Assembly: GCA_963705975.1 (NCBI GenBank)
Contig: CAVPMI010000001.1
Location: forward strand, 101,765-165,764
Origin: an uncultured Pseudomonadota bacterium
GTDB taxonomy: Bacteria; Pseudomonadota; Gammaproteobacteria; Methylococcales; Methylomonadaceae
Direction of reading: 5' to 3'
DNA length: 64,000 nucleotides
Shown: in pieces, positions 45,970-56,181 of the stretch
How positions within the stretch are numbered: position 1 is the first letter of the stretch
Layout of the letters: every line of letters starts with the position of its first letter
The notes under the pieces: generated by a model
The model's database searches: none
Seen by the model: the letters and a program-made list of their open reading frames with translations, nothing else
Told to the model about the DNA's origin: nothing
Program-made: the position numbers and the translations under genes

Positions 45970-47050
45970 CTCGGACTTATTTTACATGGCGCAAGCTTTG
46001 CAGTTGGCGCGGAAAGGCATTTACACCACAGATCCCAATCCACATGTTGGTTGTGTTGTGGTCAAAAACGGCGCGATCATCGCAGAGGGCTGGACGCAAA
46101 GGGCGGGTTTAGCTCACGCCGAAATCGATGCTTTAGCCAAGACGCATGATGCGCATGGGGCTACCGTGTATGTTTCGCTGGAGCCCTGTAGTCATCATGG
46201 TCGCACCGGGCCTTGTTGCGATGCTTTAATCGCAGCCGGCGTCAGTCGGGTCGTGGTGGCTATGCAGGATCCGAATCCATTAGTTTCCGGTCGTGGCTTG
46301 CAGAAAATGCGTGACGCCGGAATAGAAGTTGTTTGCGAGGTTTTGCAGCAGGATGCCGAACAATTAAATCGTGGGTTCATTAAACGCATGACGCAGGGTT
46401 TGCCTTGGATAATCAGCAAACTGGCTTCCAGTATGGATGGGCGTAGCGCGATGGCCTCCGGCGAGAGCCAATGGATCACTTCTATTCAGTCGCGTGCCGA
46501 TGTGCACAAGTTTCGAGCTGCGAGTAGCGCTATACTTACCGGTATTGGTACGGTATTGGCGGATGATCCGCAATTAAATGCCCGCGTTGATTTTGATGTC
46601 GAGCAACCGGTAAAAGTGGTGCTGGATTCGAATTTACAAATGCCGTTTACTGCAAAAATTTTGCAAAATTCGGCAGAAACCTGGATTTTTACCAGTTGCG
46701 AAGATGTGCTTAAGCAGCAACGTTTGCAGGATCTTGGTTGTAAAATTCTTTGGGTTGATGCTGTCAATGGCAGACTTGCATTGCCGCAGGTTTTTAAATT
46801 ATTGGCTGAACTGCAGATCAATACGGTTTGGGTTGAAGCCGGCGCTGTTTTGAACGGTGCATTGCTGTCCAGCGATCTGGTGGATGAGTGGCTGATCTAT
46901 ATGGCGCCTTGCGTTTTGGGGGATCAAGCGCGCGGCATGTTTCATTTGCCGGGCTTGGAGCATATGGCGGATAAAAAAAAGTTCACTTTACTGAATGCAA
47001 GACAGTTAGGCCCGGATTTAAGATTGATGTTTAGTTCTCGGTCGCATTAA
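45959..47050 (+). CDS. ribD: Bifunctional riboflavin biosynthesis protein RibD (deaminase/reductase)
   Basis: HAEIDAL and [11 protein letters not shown] deaminase motifs, with a reductase C-terminal domain. Confidence 0.9.
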   Translation: MKFSSDLFYMAQALQLARKGIYTTDPNPHVGCVVVKNGAIIAEGWTQRAGLAHAEIDALAKTHDAHGATVYVSLEPCSHHGRTGPCCDALIAAGVSRVVVAMQDPNPLVSGRGLQKMRDAGIEVVCEVLQQDAEQLNRGFIKRMTQGLPWIISKLASSMDGRSAMASGESQWITSIQSRADVHKFRAASSAILTGIGTVLADDPQLNARVDFDVEQPVKVVLDSNLQMPFTAKILQNSAETWIFTSCEDVLKQQRLQDLGCKILWVDAVNGRLALPQVFKLLAELQINTVWVEAGAVLNGALLSSDLVDEWLIYMAPCVLGDQARGMFHLPGLEHMADKKKFTLLNARQLGPDLRLMFSSRSH

Positions 47051-47059
47051 GGGTAAAAA

Positions 47060-47716
47060 ATGTTTACAGGCATTATTCTTTCGGTGGGTAAGATTTCCGC
47101 CATTCAGCCCCGCGGCGGTGATTTTCGTTTAAAAATCAGCAGCGGCAAGCTGTCTCTGGCTGATTGTCAATTAGGCGATAGTATCGCCGTGAATGGCGTG
47201 TGTCTTACCGCAGTGGAATTAGGCGAGCGGTATTTTTGTGCGGATGTTTCGAATGAGACTTTATCGCGAACCACGCTAAAGTCTGCGCGGGTCGGAAGCG
47301 CAGTCAATCTGGAATTGGCTTTGACGCCATCCAGCCGGCTCGGTGGGCATATAGTCAGCGGCCATGTAGACGGCATTGGCAAGGTGCTGGAAAAACAGAT
47401 AGATGGACGTTCGGTGCGATTTAAATGCCAGTCCACGGGTAATTTGGCGAAATATATCGCTGAGAAGGGTTCGATTTGTATCAATGGCGTCAGTCTCACG
47501 GTTAATGAGGTTGATGGGTGTGTGTTTTCGGTTAATATTGTGCCGCATACCTTGCAGGAAACTACCCTTGGAGAGACAGAGACCGGGGCGGAAGTCAACC
47601 TGGAAGTGGATCTATTGGCGCGTTATCTGGAGAGATTGTTAAAAGGCGACACTGCTGCCTATAAGGAAGGCGGTGTCACCGAGGCCTTATTACAAAACAG
47701 CGGCTTTATTAAATGA
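47060..47716 (+). CDS. ribE: Riboflavin synthase
   Basis: MFTGII...GDSIAVNGVCLT repeated as a second lumazine-binding half (GSICINGVSLTV). Confidence 0.9.
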   Translation: MFTGIILSVGKISAIQPRGGDFRLKISSGKLSLADCQLGDSIAVNGVCLTAVELGERYFCADVSNETLSRTTLKSARVGSAVNLELALTPSSRLGGHIVSGHVDGIGKVLEKQIDGRSVRFKCQSTGNLAKYIAEKGSICINGVSLTVNEVDGCVFSVNIVPHTLQETTLGETETGAEVNLEVDLLARYLERLLKGDTAAYKEGGVTEALLQNSGFIK

Positions 47717-48852
47717 ACAGCATAGAAGAAATTATCGACGATCTGCGCCAAGGCAAGATGGTCATTATCATGGATGATGAGGATAGGGAAAATGAAGGCG
47801 ATTTGTTGATGGCGGCGGCTTTTACCCGGCCGGAAGATGTGAATTTTATGGCCAAATATGGTCGTGGTCTGATTTGTCTGACCTTAACCCGCGAACGCTG
47901 CCAGCAATTGCGTTTGCCCTTAATGGTTAACGATAACAATACGCCGTATACGACTAATTTTACTGTTTCCATAGAGGCGGCTGAAGGTGTCACAACCGGC
48001 ATTTCCGCTGCGGATCGGGCTTTAACCATTCAGGCGGCAGTGGCTAAAAATGCACAACCGAGTGATCTGGTGCAACCTGGACATGTTTTTCCTTTGATGG
48101 CGCAGGCCGGCGGTGTGCTAAAACGCGCGGGCCATACCGAGGCAGGTTGCGATCTGGCCTATTTGGCGGGTGTTGAGCCGGCGGCGGTGATTGTAGAGAT
48201 ATTAAATGATGACGGCTCAATGGCGCGGCGGCCGGATCTGGAGGTTTTCGCTGCGCGGCATCATTTAAAAATAGGTACTATCAGCGATTTGATTCATTAC
48301 CGGATTCGGCATGAGAATACCTTGGAACGGATTAGCGAATGCGCTTATCCTACCGAATTTGGCGAGTTTAGCTTGTTTACCTATCAGGACCGTAACGACG
48401 GCAATGTGCATTTGGCGCTGGTCATGGGCAATGTCGCCGGAGACGAACCGGTGCTGGTGCGGGTGCACGCCCGTAATCTGATAGACGATCTGTTTGCCTC
48501 CAAACGCAGTGATTGCACGATACCGGTTCGGGAAGCCATGAAAAAAATTGCCGCAGCCGGACGCGGCGTATTGGTGATCATTCGCGAGAACGAAAACAAT
48601 AAAGCCTTGGTGGAACTGGTGCATGGTTATCAAATGCAGGATAACGGCATTAAAAATCCACAGTCATTGAATAAGGCTCTGGATTGGCGGACTACCGGCA
48701 CCGGATCGAGGATCCTGTCCGATCTGGGGGTGCATAGATTGAAAGTCATGGGCGCCCAGAAAAAGTATATTGGTCTCTCCGGATTTGATTTGGAGGTGGT
48801 CGAACATGTGGATGCTGAAGCCAAACTCCCGCTTGCCGTTGTTGAGGCGTAG
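47713..48852 (+). CDS. ribBA: Bifunctional DHBP synthase / GTP cyclohydrolase II-like protein
   Basis: DDEDRENEGDL, GHTEAGCDLA and a C-terminal RibA-like domain. Confidence 0.9.
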   Translation: MNSIEEIIDDLRQGKMVIIMDDEDRENEGDLLMAAAFTRPEDVNFMAKYGRGLICLTLTRERCQQLRLPLMVNDNNTPYTTNFTVSIEAAEGVTTGISAADRALTIQAAVAKNAQPSDLVQPGHVFPLMAQAGGVLKRAGHTEAGCDLAYLAGVEPAAVIVEILNDDGSMARRPDLEVFAARHHLKIGTISDLIHYRIRHENTLERISECAYPTEFGEFSLFTYQDRNDGNVHLALVMGNVAGDEPVLVRVHARNLIDDLFASKRSDCTIPVREAMKKIAAAGRGVLVIIRENENNKALVELVHGYQMQDNGIKNPQSLNKALDWRTTGTGSRILSDLGVHRLKVMGAQKKYIGLSGFDLEVVEHVDAEAKLPLAVVEA

Positions 48853-48904
48853 TTGGACTATTATGCTTTCTGCACAAATTTTTAATCGTTAATTAAAGGT
48901 CAAT

Positions 48905-49381
48905 ATGGCGACTGTTACTACCTTAGAAGGTCATTTATCTGCGCAAGGCGGCAGGTTTTGTATTGTTTCCTCCCGCTTCAATAGTTTCATTGTTGAGCAA
49001 TTGGAAGCCGGGGCCATGGATGCGTTGGTGCGGCATGGGGCGGATAAGAGCGCTATTACTTTGGTTAAAGCGCCCGGCGCCTTCGAATTGCCTATGGTGG
49101 TGCAGCGCGTTGCCGCCGCGAAAAAATTTGACGCCATAATTGCTTTAGGCGCGGTGATACGCGGCGGTACGCCGCATTTCGAATATGTTGCCGGCGAATG
49201 CGTAAAAGGCCTCGCGCAGGTGGCTTTGCAATATGATATTCCGGTCAGTTTTGGGGTTTTGACCGTTGACAGCATAGAGCAGGCTATTGAACGCGCAGGC
49301 ACTAAAGCTGGAAACAAGGGTGCGGAAGCCGCTTTATCGGCGATTGAAATGGTCAGTCTGTTCAATAATCTGGGCGTTTAA
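48905..49381 (+). CDS. ribH: 6,7-dimethyl-8-ribityllumazine synthase
   Basis: 158 aa. [13 protein letters not shown]...[10 protein letters not shown]...[14 protein letters not shown]. Confidence 0.9.
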   Translation: MATVTTLEGHLSAQGGRFCIVSSRFNSFIVEQLEAGAMDALVRHGADKSAITLVKAPGAFELPMVVQRVAAAKKFDAIIALGAVIRGGTPHFEYVAGECVKGLAQVALQYDIPVSFGVLTVDSIEQAIERAGTKAGNKGAEAALSAIEMVSLFNNLGV

Positions 49382-49824
49382 TGAGTCAAGCGAAAACTAA
49401 TGCTAGAAAGTGTGCAGTTCAGGCGCTGTATCAGTGGCAAATGAGCGGGGACAGTCTGAGCCGCATCGAAATCTACTTTTTGGAAGAAGAGTTGCTGAAA
49501 GGTGCACAAAAAACCTATTTTAGCGAGATTTTTCACGGCGTACCACAGCAATTGACGGTCATTGATGCGGCCTTGGCTGAGTTTGTGGATAGACCGGTGG
49601 AAAAAGTCGATCCGGTGGAGCGGGCTATTCTGCGCATAGGCGGCTATGAACTGATTAATCGTCTCGAAACGCCGTATAAAGTCATTATCAACGAAGGCGT
49701 GAATCTAGCCAAATGCTTTGGCGCGGAAGGCAGCCACAAATACGTTAACGGTATTCTGGATAAAGTTGCGCAAAAAGTTAGGGCGGTTGAAATTGCCGCT
49801 AAACAAGCAAGGGCCGCCGATTGA
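49381..49824 (+). CDS. nusB: Transcription antitermination factor NusB
   Basis: 147 aa. ARKCAVQALYQWQMSG...RAILRIGGYEL...VINEGVNLAKCFG. Confidence 0.9.
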   Translation: MSQAKTNARKCAVQALYQWQMSGDSLSRIEIYFLEEELLKGAQKTYFSEIFHGVPQQLTVIDAALAEFVDRPVEKVDPVERAILRIGGYELINRLETPYKVIINEGVNLAKCFGAEGSHKYVNGILDKVAQKVRAVEIAAKQARAAD

Positions 49825-49848
49825 TGGTTTTCTCTGGAAGATAGGGTA

Positions 49849-50790
49849 ATGACTGGAGCAGTTGCCGAATTTGATTTAATCACACGTTATTTTTCCGGTC
49901 AGGCGTTGCTGCACGCCGATAACCGCCTTGGTATAGGCGATGATTGCGCATTATTAACGGTACCGGTGGGCTATCAATTAGCGGTAACCACCGATACCAT
50001 GGTGGAAAACGTCCACTTTTTTGCCGATGTCAATCCCGAACACCTGGGGCATAAATTATTGGCGGTGAATTTAAGCGATTTGGCGGCGATGGGTGCGGCG
50101 CCTTTGGCGGTTTCATTGGCCTTGACTTTGCCAAAAGTCGACGAAAATTGGCTGCAAGCGTTTACGCGCGGTTTTTTCAATTTGGCGCGGCAATATCGCG
50201 TTGATTTAATCGGCGGCGACACCACTTCCGGGCCGCTGACGTTGACTTTGCAGGCAATGGGGATTGTGCCCGAGGGCAAAGCCATATTGCGCTCGACTGC
50301 GAAGGTGGGCGATTTAATCTATGTGACCGGTCCGCTAGGCGCCGCCGGGTTGGGTCTGAAAATTAAACAAGGTTATGCCTGTAGCAACCCTGGTCCGGCG
50401 CTGACTTGTTTCAATCAGCCGGAACCGCGAATTTCACAAGGTTTGATGCTTCGCGATATAGCTTCCGCGTGTATCGATATTTCCGACGGCTTAGCGGCGG
50501 ATTTAGGCCATATTCTGCAAAAAAGCGATGTCGGCGCTGGTTTGGATTGGGATAGTTTGCCGCTTTCCCTGGAAGTGATGGAATACATTCTACTGAGCGG
50601 CGATTGGCAAATGCCTTTAACGGCCGGCGACGATTATGAATTATGCTTTACTGCCGCCGCCGGTTTAGAGCGGGAGTTACCGCCCGGCAGCTATTGCGTT
50701 GGCGTGATTGAAGCTGAACCGGGGCTACGCATTAAGCGGGCCGGGCGTATCGAGATTCTGGAGGCAAAAGGTTTTGAGCATTTTTCTTAG
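49849..50790 (+). CDS. thiL: Thiamine-monophosphate kinase
   Basis: 313 aa. EFDLITRYF...GIGDDCALL...DTMVENVHF...GGDTTSGP. Confidence 0.9.
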   Translation: MTGAVAEFDLITRYFSGQALLHADNRLGIGDDCALLTVPVGYQLAVTTDTMVENVHFFADVNPEHLGHKLLAVNLSDLAAMGAAPLAVSLALTLPKVDENWLQAFTRGFFNLARQYRVDLIGGDTTSGPLTLTLQAMGIVPEGKAILRSTAKVGDLIYVTGPLGAAGLGLKIKQGYACSNPGPALTCFNQPEPRISQGLMLRDIASACIDISDGLAADLGHILQKSDVGAGLDWDSLPLSLEVMEYILLSGDWQMPLTAGDDYELCFTAAAGLERELPPGSYCVGVIEAEPGLRIKRAGRIEILEAKGFEHFS

Positions 50791-50812
50791 AGACTCTTAC
50801 GGCAAAAATGGT

Positions 50813-51271
50813 TTGAGTGCTGGGGAGATCCTCAAGGACCCGGTGTTGTTTTTGGCCTTCGGTTTCGGTTCCGGCTTATCTAAATACATGCCGGGTACGA
50901 TGGGTACTGTGGCCGCCGTGCCGTTGTATTGGGCGCTGATGCAAACCAATAATTGGATTTATCTTGCAGCGACTGTGTTAAGCACAGTGTTAGGTATTTT
51001 TATTTGCGATCAGGCGGCCAAGAAATTGGATGTGCATGATTTTGGCGGTATCGTTTGGGATGAGGTTGCCGGCTTTTTGATTACCATGTGCTGGGCGCCG
51101 TTTTCTTGGCAGAGTGTGTTGGCCGGTTTTGTGTTGTTCCGGTTTTTCGATATTTTAAAACCCTGGCCGATCAAATGGCTGGATCGCCATGTGGTCGGCG
51201 GTTTTGGCATTATGCTGGATGATGTGGTCGCGGGTATTTTTGCGGCTTTAGTCCTGCGAATTTGGTTTTAA
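50813..51271 (+). CDS. pgpA: Phosphatidylglycerophosphatase A
   Basis: LAFGFGSGLSKYMPGTMGTVAAVPLYW...FDILKPWPI. There is no in-frame ATG after the thiL stop, so TTG 50813 is proposed. The track start is 50708 and the true start is uncertain. Confidence 0.8.
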   Translation: MSAGEILKDPVLFLAFGFGSGLSKYMPGTMGTVAAVPLYWALMQTNNWIYLAATVLSTVLGIFICDQAAKKLDVHDFGGIVWDEVAGFLITMCWAPFSWQSVLAGFVLFRFFDILKPWPIKWLDRHVVGGFGIMLDDVVAGIFAALVLRIWF

Positions 51272-51282
51272 ATCTCTCAAGC

Positions 51283-51580
51283 GTGTACATCGATTCCGTT
51301 AGTCGGGGTTGAGGAGCTCCCGATTAACTGCAACGCATCCAAACCTTGTTGGTCCTGTACGTTTAGGGCTTTTTTCAGCACGTCTACTTGCACTTGCTGA
51401 GAGGTTTCTTGCACCGACATTTGCGTGCCGAGCGCGGCGATGGATTTGGATTTTGCTGATGCATTGCATCTAACTGCTTGCGAACATTGCGTAACATTTT
51501 ACAGCTTTGATGACCGGCGTTTCGCGCGTCGAGCTGCTCGCTTACCACTGACACTTCAGGTCGTTGTTCCAATGGAATAG
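51283..51580 (+). pseudogene. Degraded PIN-domain (VapC-like) toxin gene
   Basis: Own translation of the + strand at 51440-51580: MDLDFADALHLTACEHCVTFYSFDDRRFARRAARLPLTLQVVVPME*. This is a typical VapC C-terminal half. The upstream part is only readable by switching frames (stops at ~51309 and ~51400). Confidence 0.45.
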
Positions 51581-51733
51581 TCTTCAGCATTCATGCTGGC
51601 AGTACCTCGGTCATCAAGCTTCGACGCCAAATTTCTAACTTGACGAACATTCAAGTTATGAAGTGCAAGAAATTATGCAACGATTAGTATTGGCGATGAA
51701 AAGCAGAGTATTTGAAGAATTTAAGGTGAAATT

Positions 51734-51829
51734 ATGAAAACAATCCAACTTGAACTGTCGGACAGTATTTATGATCGCGTCATCGGTTTTTTGAAGCTAT
51801 TGCCAAAGAATGAATTTTGGGATTGGTGA
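51734..51829 (+). CDS. 31-aa ORF, possible truncated antitoxin-like remnant
   Basis: AAGGTGA is followed by ATG 51734, giving MKTIQLELSDSIYDRVIGFLKLLPKNEFWDW*. It ends exactly where the palindromic element at 51831 begins. Confidence 0.25.
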   Translation: MKTIQLELSDSIYDRVIGFLKLLPKNEFWDW

Positions 51830-51830
51830 A

Positions 51831-51905
51831 GGTTTCAGAGGTGTCGCCGGCATGGACGCTGGCGCCAAGCACACATGGATGTGCTCGCTGCGTCCTCTGA
51901 AAGCT
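51831..51905. repeat. REP-like palindromic element
   Basis: TTTCAGAGG (51833-51841) and CCTCTGAAA (51894-51902) flank a GC-rich segment with an internal AGCACA/TGTGCT hairpin. Confidence 0.45.
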
Positions 51906-52068
51906 TTGCCTATTTCAAAATCGTCGGCAAGCGTTAACCTAAATTAAAGCTAATGTTTGTAAAACGGTTATACGTTTTAATTGGTTCAAAGATAAAAATT
52001 AAGTTTGTGCTTACAAGTGCAACACACTACAATGTTTAACAGAGAACTATTTTGTAGGTATTGTTTCC

Positions 52069-52359
52069 ATGAAAGCACAACGTAACCCAGCAGAAGTCAA
52101 TATACATCTTCGCGCTCGCGAACACGACAGAATGCTCATTGATCAAGCAGCTGAATTGTTGGGTGCGAATCGTTCGCAGTTTATGCTGGCGTCTGCGCTA
52201 AAAGAGGCCAAGAACATTATTCTTGATCAGACCACCCTCTACGTTGATAACCAAAAATTCCAGGAAATTCTTGACTGGTTAGATGCCCCTTCGTCCCAGG
52301 AACAGATCCAGGGTATGAGCCGATTGCGCGTAACAAAATTGCCGTGGTCGGATGCGTGA
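52069..52359 (+). CDS. DUF1778 (TacA-type) antitoxin
   Basis: 96 aa. NIHLRAREHDRMLIDQAAELLGANRSQFMLASALKEAKNII. It overlaps the downstream GNAT gene. Confidence 0.85.
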   Translation: MKAQRNPAEVNIHLRAREHDRMLIDQAAELLGANRSQFMLASALKEAKNIILDQTTLYVDNQKFQEILDWLDAPSSQEQIQGMSRLRVTKLPWSDA

Positions 52360-52876
52360 GGAAATAAGCACATACTGTCATCCTGAACCTATTAGTGCAA
52401 AGCACGATCTGCTTAGTTTTCACTCAGGAGAGACGGGTCTTGATAATTGGTTGCGTGAGCGATCAATTGATAATATGGAGTCGGCAGCGAGCCGAACCTA
52501 TGTCATTTGTCCAGTAGGTTCGAACCAAGTGATTGGGTATTATGCGCTTAGTATGGGACAGATTCTTAATCAAGATGTTATAGGTTCCATGCGTCGAAAT
52601 ATGCCGCGCCAAATACCAGCAGTAATGTTAGGACGCTTAGCCATTGATCAGAAATGGCAAAGCCAAGGCTTAGGTGGGGCATTGCTGCGAGATGCAGTTG
52701 AGCGAGCAATCCGCGCATCTAGGGAGGTCTCCGCAAGATTGATTATAGTCCATGTACTTTCGCCAGAGGCTGAGTCATTTTACCGGCATCATGGCTTTGT
52801 TCAACTTCCAGCATTTGCTGGCACAACGTATGCGCTGGATTTATTAAAATTCTTGCAGATCCAGCAACATCAATAA
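52352..52876 (+). CDS. GNAT-family acetyltransferase toxin (TacT/AtaT-type)
   Basis: 174 aa. YYALSMGQI...LGRLAIDQKWQSQGLGGALLRDAVERA, with an 8-nt overlap with the DUF1778 gene. Confidence 0.85.
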   Translation: MREEISTYCHPEPISAKHDLLSFHSGETGLDNWLRERSIDNMESAASRTYVICPVGSNQVIGYYALSMGQILNQDVIGSMRRNMPRQIPAVMLGRLAIDQKWQSQGLGGALLRDAVERAIRASREVSARLIIVHVLSPEAESFYRHHGFVQLPAFAGTTYALDLLKFLQIQQHQ

Positions 52877-53002
52877 CAGAAGTCAGAAAATACAGATTGA
52901 TAGGTTAGAGTTGCCTAGTTTGTCAATTTGACACGCAGACCCTTAAGTAACAACTATAATTGTTTTTACTCTCAGCTTTAATAGAACTGACAAGTCCAAC
53001 CT

Positions 53003-53917
53003 ATGAAAAATTCTTTAACGTCCTTAAAACAACTCCTGGATACCGCCAATCAAATTATCCTCGGCAAGGATAGGCAAATCCTTTTGGCGGTCTGCTGCCT
53101 ATTGGCAAAAGGGCATTTACTGATTGAAGATGTACCGGGCGTCGGTAAAACCACCTTATCGCATACGCTGGCGAAGCTGTTTGGCATGGATTATCAGCGC
53201 ATACAGTTCACCAGCGACATTTTACCGGCCGATATTATCGGTTCGTCAGTTTTTGTGGCTGATCAACAACAGTTTGTGTTTCATCCCGGGCCGGTTTTTA
53301 AGCAAATGATCTTGGCTGATGAAATTAATCGCGCCACACCTAAGGCGCAAAGCGCACTACTGGAGGCGATGGAGGAAAGACAGATCACAGTGGATGGCAA
53401 GACTTATGCCTTGCCGGCCCCATTTTTTGTGATAGCCACCCAAAATCCTTCCCATCATGCCGGCACCTATCCTTTACCGGAATCACAATTGGATCGGTTT
53501 TTGATGCGCATAGAGCTGGGTTATCCAGGTTATCAAGCAGAACGCGAATTATTGGCCGGAAAGTCACGGCAAGGCTTGCTGGAGGATTTACCGGTAATGA
53601 TGCCGGTTGCGGAATTATTTCTCGTGCAGCAAAAGGTGCGAGAAATATATGCTTCGCCGGCCTTATTGGATTATTTGCAAGCCATCATCGACTATAGCCG
53701 GCAATCCGGACTCTATAAATGTGGGTTATCGCCACGCGCCGGCTTAGCTTTATTGACAGCGGCTAAGGCCTGGGCCTTGATGGAGCAACGTGATGCAGTT
53801 ATTCCGGAAGATGTCCAAGCTGTGCTGGCGGCGGTTGCGGGACATCGGATTCGTTCCGGGGCAGGTGATTCGGAGGCGATTGTCGCGCCAATTTTAAATG
53901 ATGTCGCTGTTATTTAA
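53003..53917 (+). CDS. MoxR-family AAA+ ATPase
   Basis: 304 aa. EDVPGVGKTTL (Walker A) and ILADEINRATPKAQSALLEAMEE (Walker B/sensor). Confidence 0.9.
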   Translation: MKNSLTSLKQLLDTANQIILGKDRQILLAVCCLLAKGHLLIEDVPGVGKTTLSHTLAKLFGMDYQRIQFTSDILPADIIGSSVFVADQQQFVFHPGPVFKQMILADEINRATPKAQSALLEAMEERQITVDGKTYALPAPFFVIATQNPSHHAGTYPLPESQLDRFLMRIELGYPGYQAERELLAGKSRQGLLEDLPVMMPVAELFLVQQKVREIYASPALLDYLQAIIDYSRQSGLYKCGLSPRAGLALLTAAKAWALMEQRDAVIPEDVQAVLAAVAGHRIRSGAGDSEAIVAPILNDVAVI

Positions 53918-53983
53918 TTTAGCTGGTGTGAGTAAAAATTAATTGTTAAGCCCTTTTTTAGGCTCAACTATAGCTGCGTATTA

Positions 53984-54943
53984 ATGGACAAAACTAAACT
54001 TACCATAAAGCAACGCTTTAAACTCAGCCGGTTTTTCAAAGGCGAAGCGCCGGCTAGCGGTCCAATCGAATTGACTCAGCGCCGCGTGTTTATTCTGCCG
54101 ACTCGGCGCGGATTCGGCATGGTGTTGACGATTATTTTGTTGTTGTTGATAGCTTTTGTTTACAACAATAATTTGGTGTATATGCTGGGCTTTTTATTGG
54201 CCAGCATTTTTTTTGTCACCATTTTGCATACTTATAAAGCCTTGGCCGGGCTTGTTGTTCAGGTGGGTTATGCGCAGCCGGTGTTTGCCGGCGAAAATGC
54301 CGGGTTTGCGGTAACGGTCATAAACCCCGGTATTGATGCAAGGCAGGCTTTAAGTGTTTCTGTGCATAGCGAGCAAACCTTTAGCCTGCCAGCCAGGGAG
54401 GGCAAGACATTGACGCTTTATGCGCAGACCATAAAGCGGGGTTGGCAAATGCTGGAAACTGTAACCTTTGCCAGTAGTTATCCTTTGGGGATTTTTCGGG
54501 CATGGTCGCCGCTCAGATTTGCTAGCAAGGTGCTAGTTTATCCACAGCCCAGTTCAGTGTCTTTGCCTTTTCCGCACGGAATTGGCCCGCAAACCTCAGG
54601 CCAGAGACATTTAGACCGCCTGGGGCGCGAGGAATTTAATGGGGTGCGCGCATATCAAAACGGTGATTCTTGGCGGCAAATTCATTGGAAAGCCTATGCA
54701 AAAGGTCAAGGGCTTTACAGTAAAGAATACGCCGCAGAGAGCGGAGGCTCACAATTGTGGCTGAGTTATGAAAGTACTCCCGGCTATACTCTTGAGGAAC
54801 GTTTAAGTCAGCTCTGCCGCTGGGTGATTGATGCAGAATCTGCAGGTCTGAGTTATGGTTTATTGCTGCCAAGCAGCAAAATTGAGCCTAATTCAGGTGA
54901 GCAGCATCTAGCCGCATGTCTGGAAGCATTGGCGTTGTTCTAA
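53984..54943 (+). CDS. DUF58 domain protein (MoxR partner)
   Basis: 319 aa with two N-terminal TMs and FNGVRAYQNGDSWRQIHWKAYAK, the typical DUF58 core. Confidence 0.85.
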   Translation: MDKTKLTIKQRFKLSRFFKGEAPASGPIELTQRRVFILPTRRGFGMVLTIILLLLIAFVYNNNLVYMLGFLLASIFFVTILHTYKALAGLVVQVGYAQPVFAGENAGFAVTVINPGIDARQALSVSVHSEQTFSLPAREGKTLTLYAQTIKRGWQMLETVTFASSYPLGIFRAWSPLRFASKVLVYPQPSSVSLPFPHGIGPQTSGQRHLDRLGREEFNGVRAYQNGDSWRQIHWKAYAKGQGLYSKEYAAESGGSQLWLSYESTPGYTLEERLSQLCRWVIDAESAGLSYGLLLPSSKIEPNSGEQHLAACLEALALF

Positions 54944-56025
54944 AAAAGGTGGTCTTCATCAGTAGCATTGTGACGTTGATAAGCAAAGGGTTTAGCCAGC
55001 GGCTCGCCAATAAATATTCCCTGTCCGGGTTCGGCAACACTTTTCCAGTAAGCTTCGATCAGCGTGCTGCCGCGCAAATAAAAATACATTAATATGCCTG
55101 GATTGGAAAATTTGGCTGGGAAGTTACAGGGTTCAGTAACCGCGCCATAGCTGCCGGTAGCGCCGGCTTTTAACCAATCCATGATGTTCATTTGGTTGCT
55201 TCCGGATAATATGCCGCCGGCTGAGGTAAGATGATCGGCAACTGCACCCGGCAGAAAGCGGTTTTCACTGATATGTTCAACTTTTACCATGCCCGTAAAG
55301 TAAAACATCACATCTTTTCGACCGCTGATATAGTCTTGTTCCAGATAGTTGACCGGCCAGAAGTTTTTGAATTTATCGGCGATTTCCGGAAAAAAAACGG
55401 CGCGGGAACTGCGTGCTTGATCGGAAGTTTTTAGTAAATAAGCCGTGCCTTGTGGATGTGAGTAATCGGATGCGATGCCGGTATCGATGAGTTTTTTGAC
55501 GTCATTGAAGTTTTTACCGGCCAATACCATAGTCGGTCGCCAACCGAAGGATTTAAAAGGTTTGTCGGTTTCTGAAGCATAGTAAGGGCTGATACGGGTT
55601 TGTTTGCACCCTGACGCGCAAAAATCCGGATTGAATCCGGCTGCAAAGGCAGTGGTGATAGACATGCAATCTACCCGGAACGGTTGGGTCCAAGTGAGTA
55701 CGAAAGCCTGGACATGCTCAGGGGTTTTGGCATCCACCTGTTGTTTGATTTTTTCGAACTCCAACTGGGATAGATTATCCCGATTGGGTGAAAAGTGGAT
55801 ATGCAATACTTGTTCGGCTGGGATATGGCGTTGCTGCTGATAATAACCACCAATGAGACGGCTTGTGGGGTCGTCGTCGTTGACGATAATCGCCAAATCA
55901 TTTGCGCTGAGTGCTGGTGCTGGCCTATACAAAGACGGTGTGGCAGCTAGTAGTGAGTGGACATTAAACATGCCCAGCACCAGGAGGCAGAAAAGTTCGG
56001 TTTTTATTATTTTTCTAAAAGGCAC
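54940..56025 (-). CDS. Secreted hypothetical protein (TIGR03790-like candidate)
   Basis: 361 aa with a signal peptide and LAIIVNDDDPTSRLIGGYYQQQRHIPAEQVLHIHF near the N-terminus. The family name is recollection only. Confidence 0.4.
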   Translation of the reverse strand: MPFRKIIKTELFCLLVLGMFNVHSLLAATPSLYRPAPALSANDLAIIVNDDDPTSRLIGGYYQQQRHIPAEQVLHIHFSPNRDNLSQLEFEKIKQQVDAKTPEHVQAFVLTWTQPFRVDCMSITTAFAAGFNPDFCASGCKQTRISPYYASETDKPFKSFGWRPTMVLAGKNFNDVKKLIDTGIASDYSHPQGTAYLLKTSDQARSSRAVFFPEIADKFKNFWPVNYLEQDYISGRKDVMFYFTGMVKVEHISENRFLPGAVADHLTSAGGILSGSNQMNIMDWLKAGATGSYGAVTEPCNFPAKFSNPGILMYFYLRGSTLIEAYWKSVAEPGQGIFIGEPLAKPFAYQRHNATDEDHLF

Positions 56026-56181
56026 ACTTTACTCCGTATTGGCCTGTTGGCGACCAACTGACGATTAGTGGATGCCTAACATTTTCTATTTAACAATTTA
56101 ACCTGCTTTCTGATAAATGCAAGTGGTATCCATGCCTAAATCAATAATGTTAATTATTCGGGGCTTATACGAAGATAAAAA

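Noticed and set aside
51384-51590. 68-aa minus-strand ORF in the track
   Set aside because: The opposite strand encodes a recognisable VapC C-terminal half, and the minus-strand product is low-complexity and basic with no RBS.
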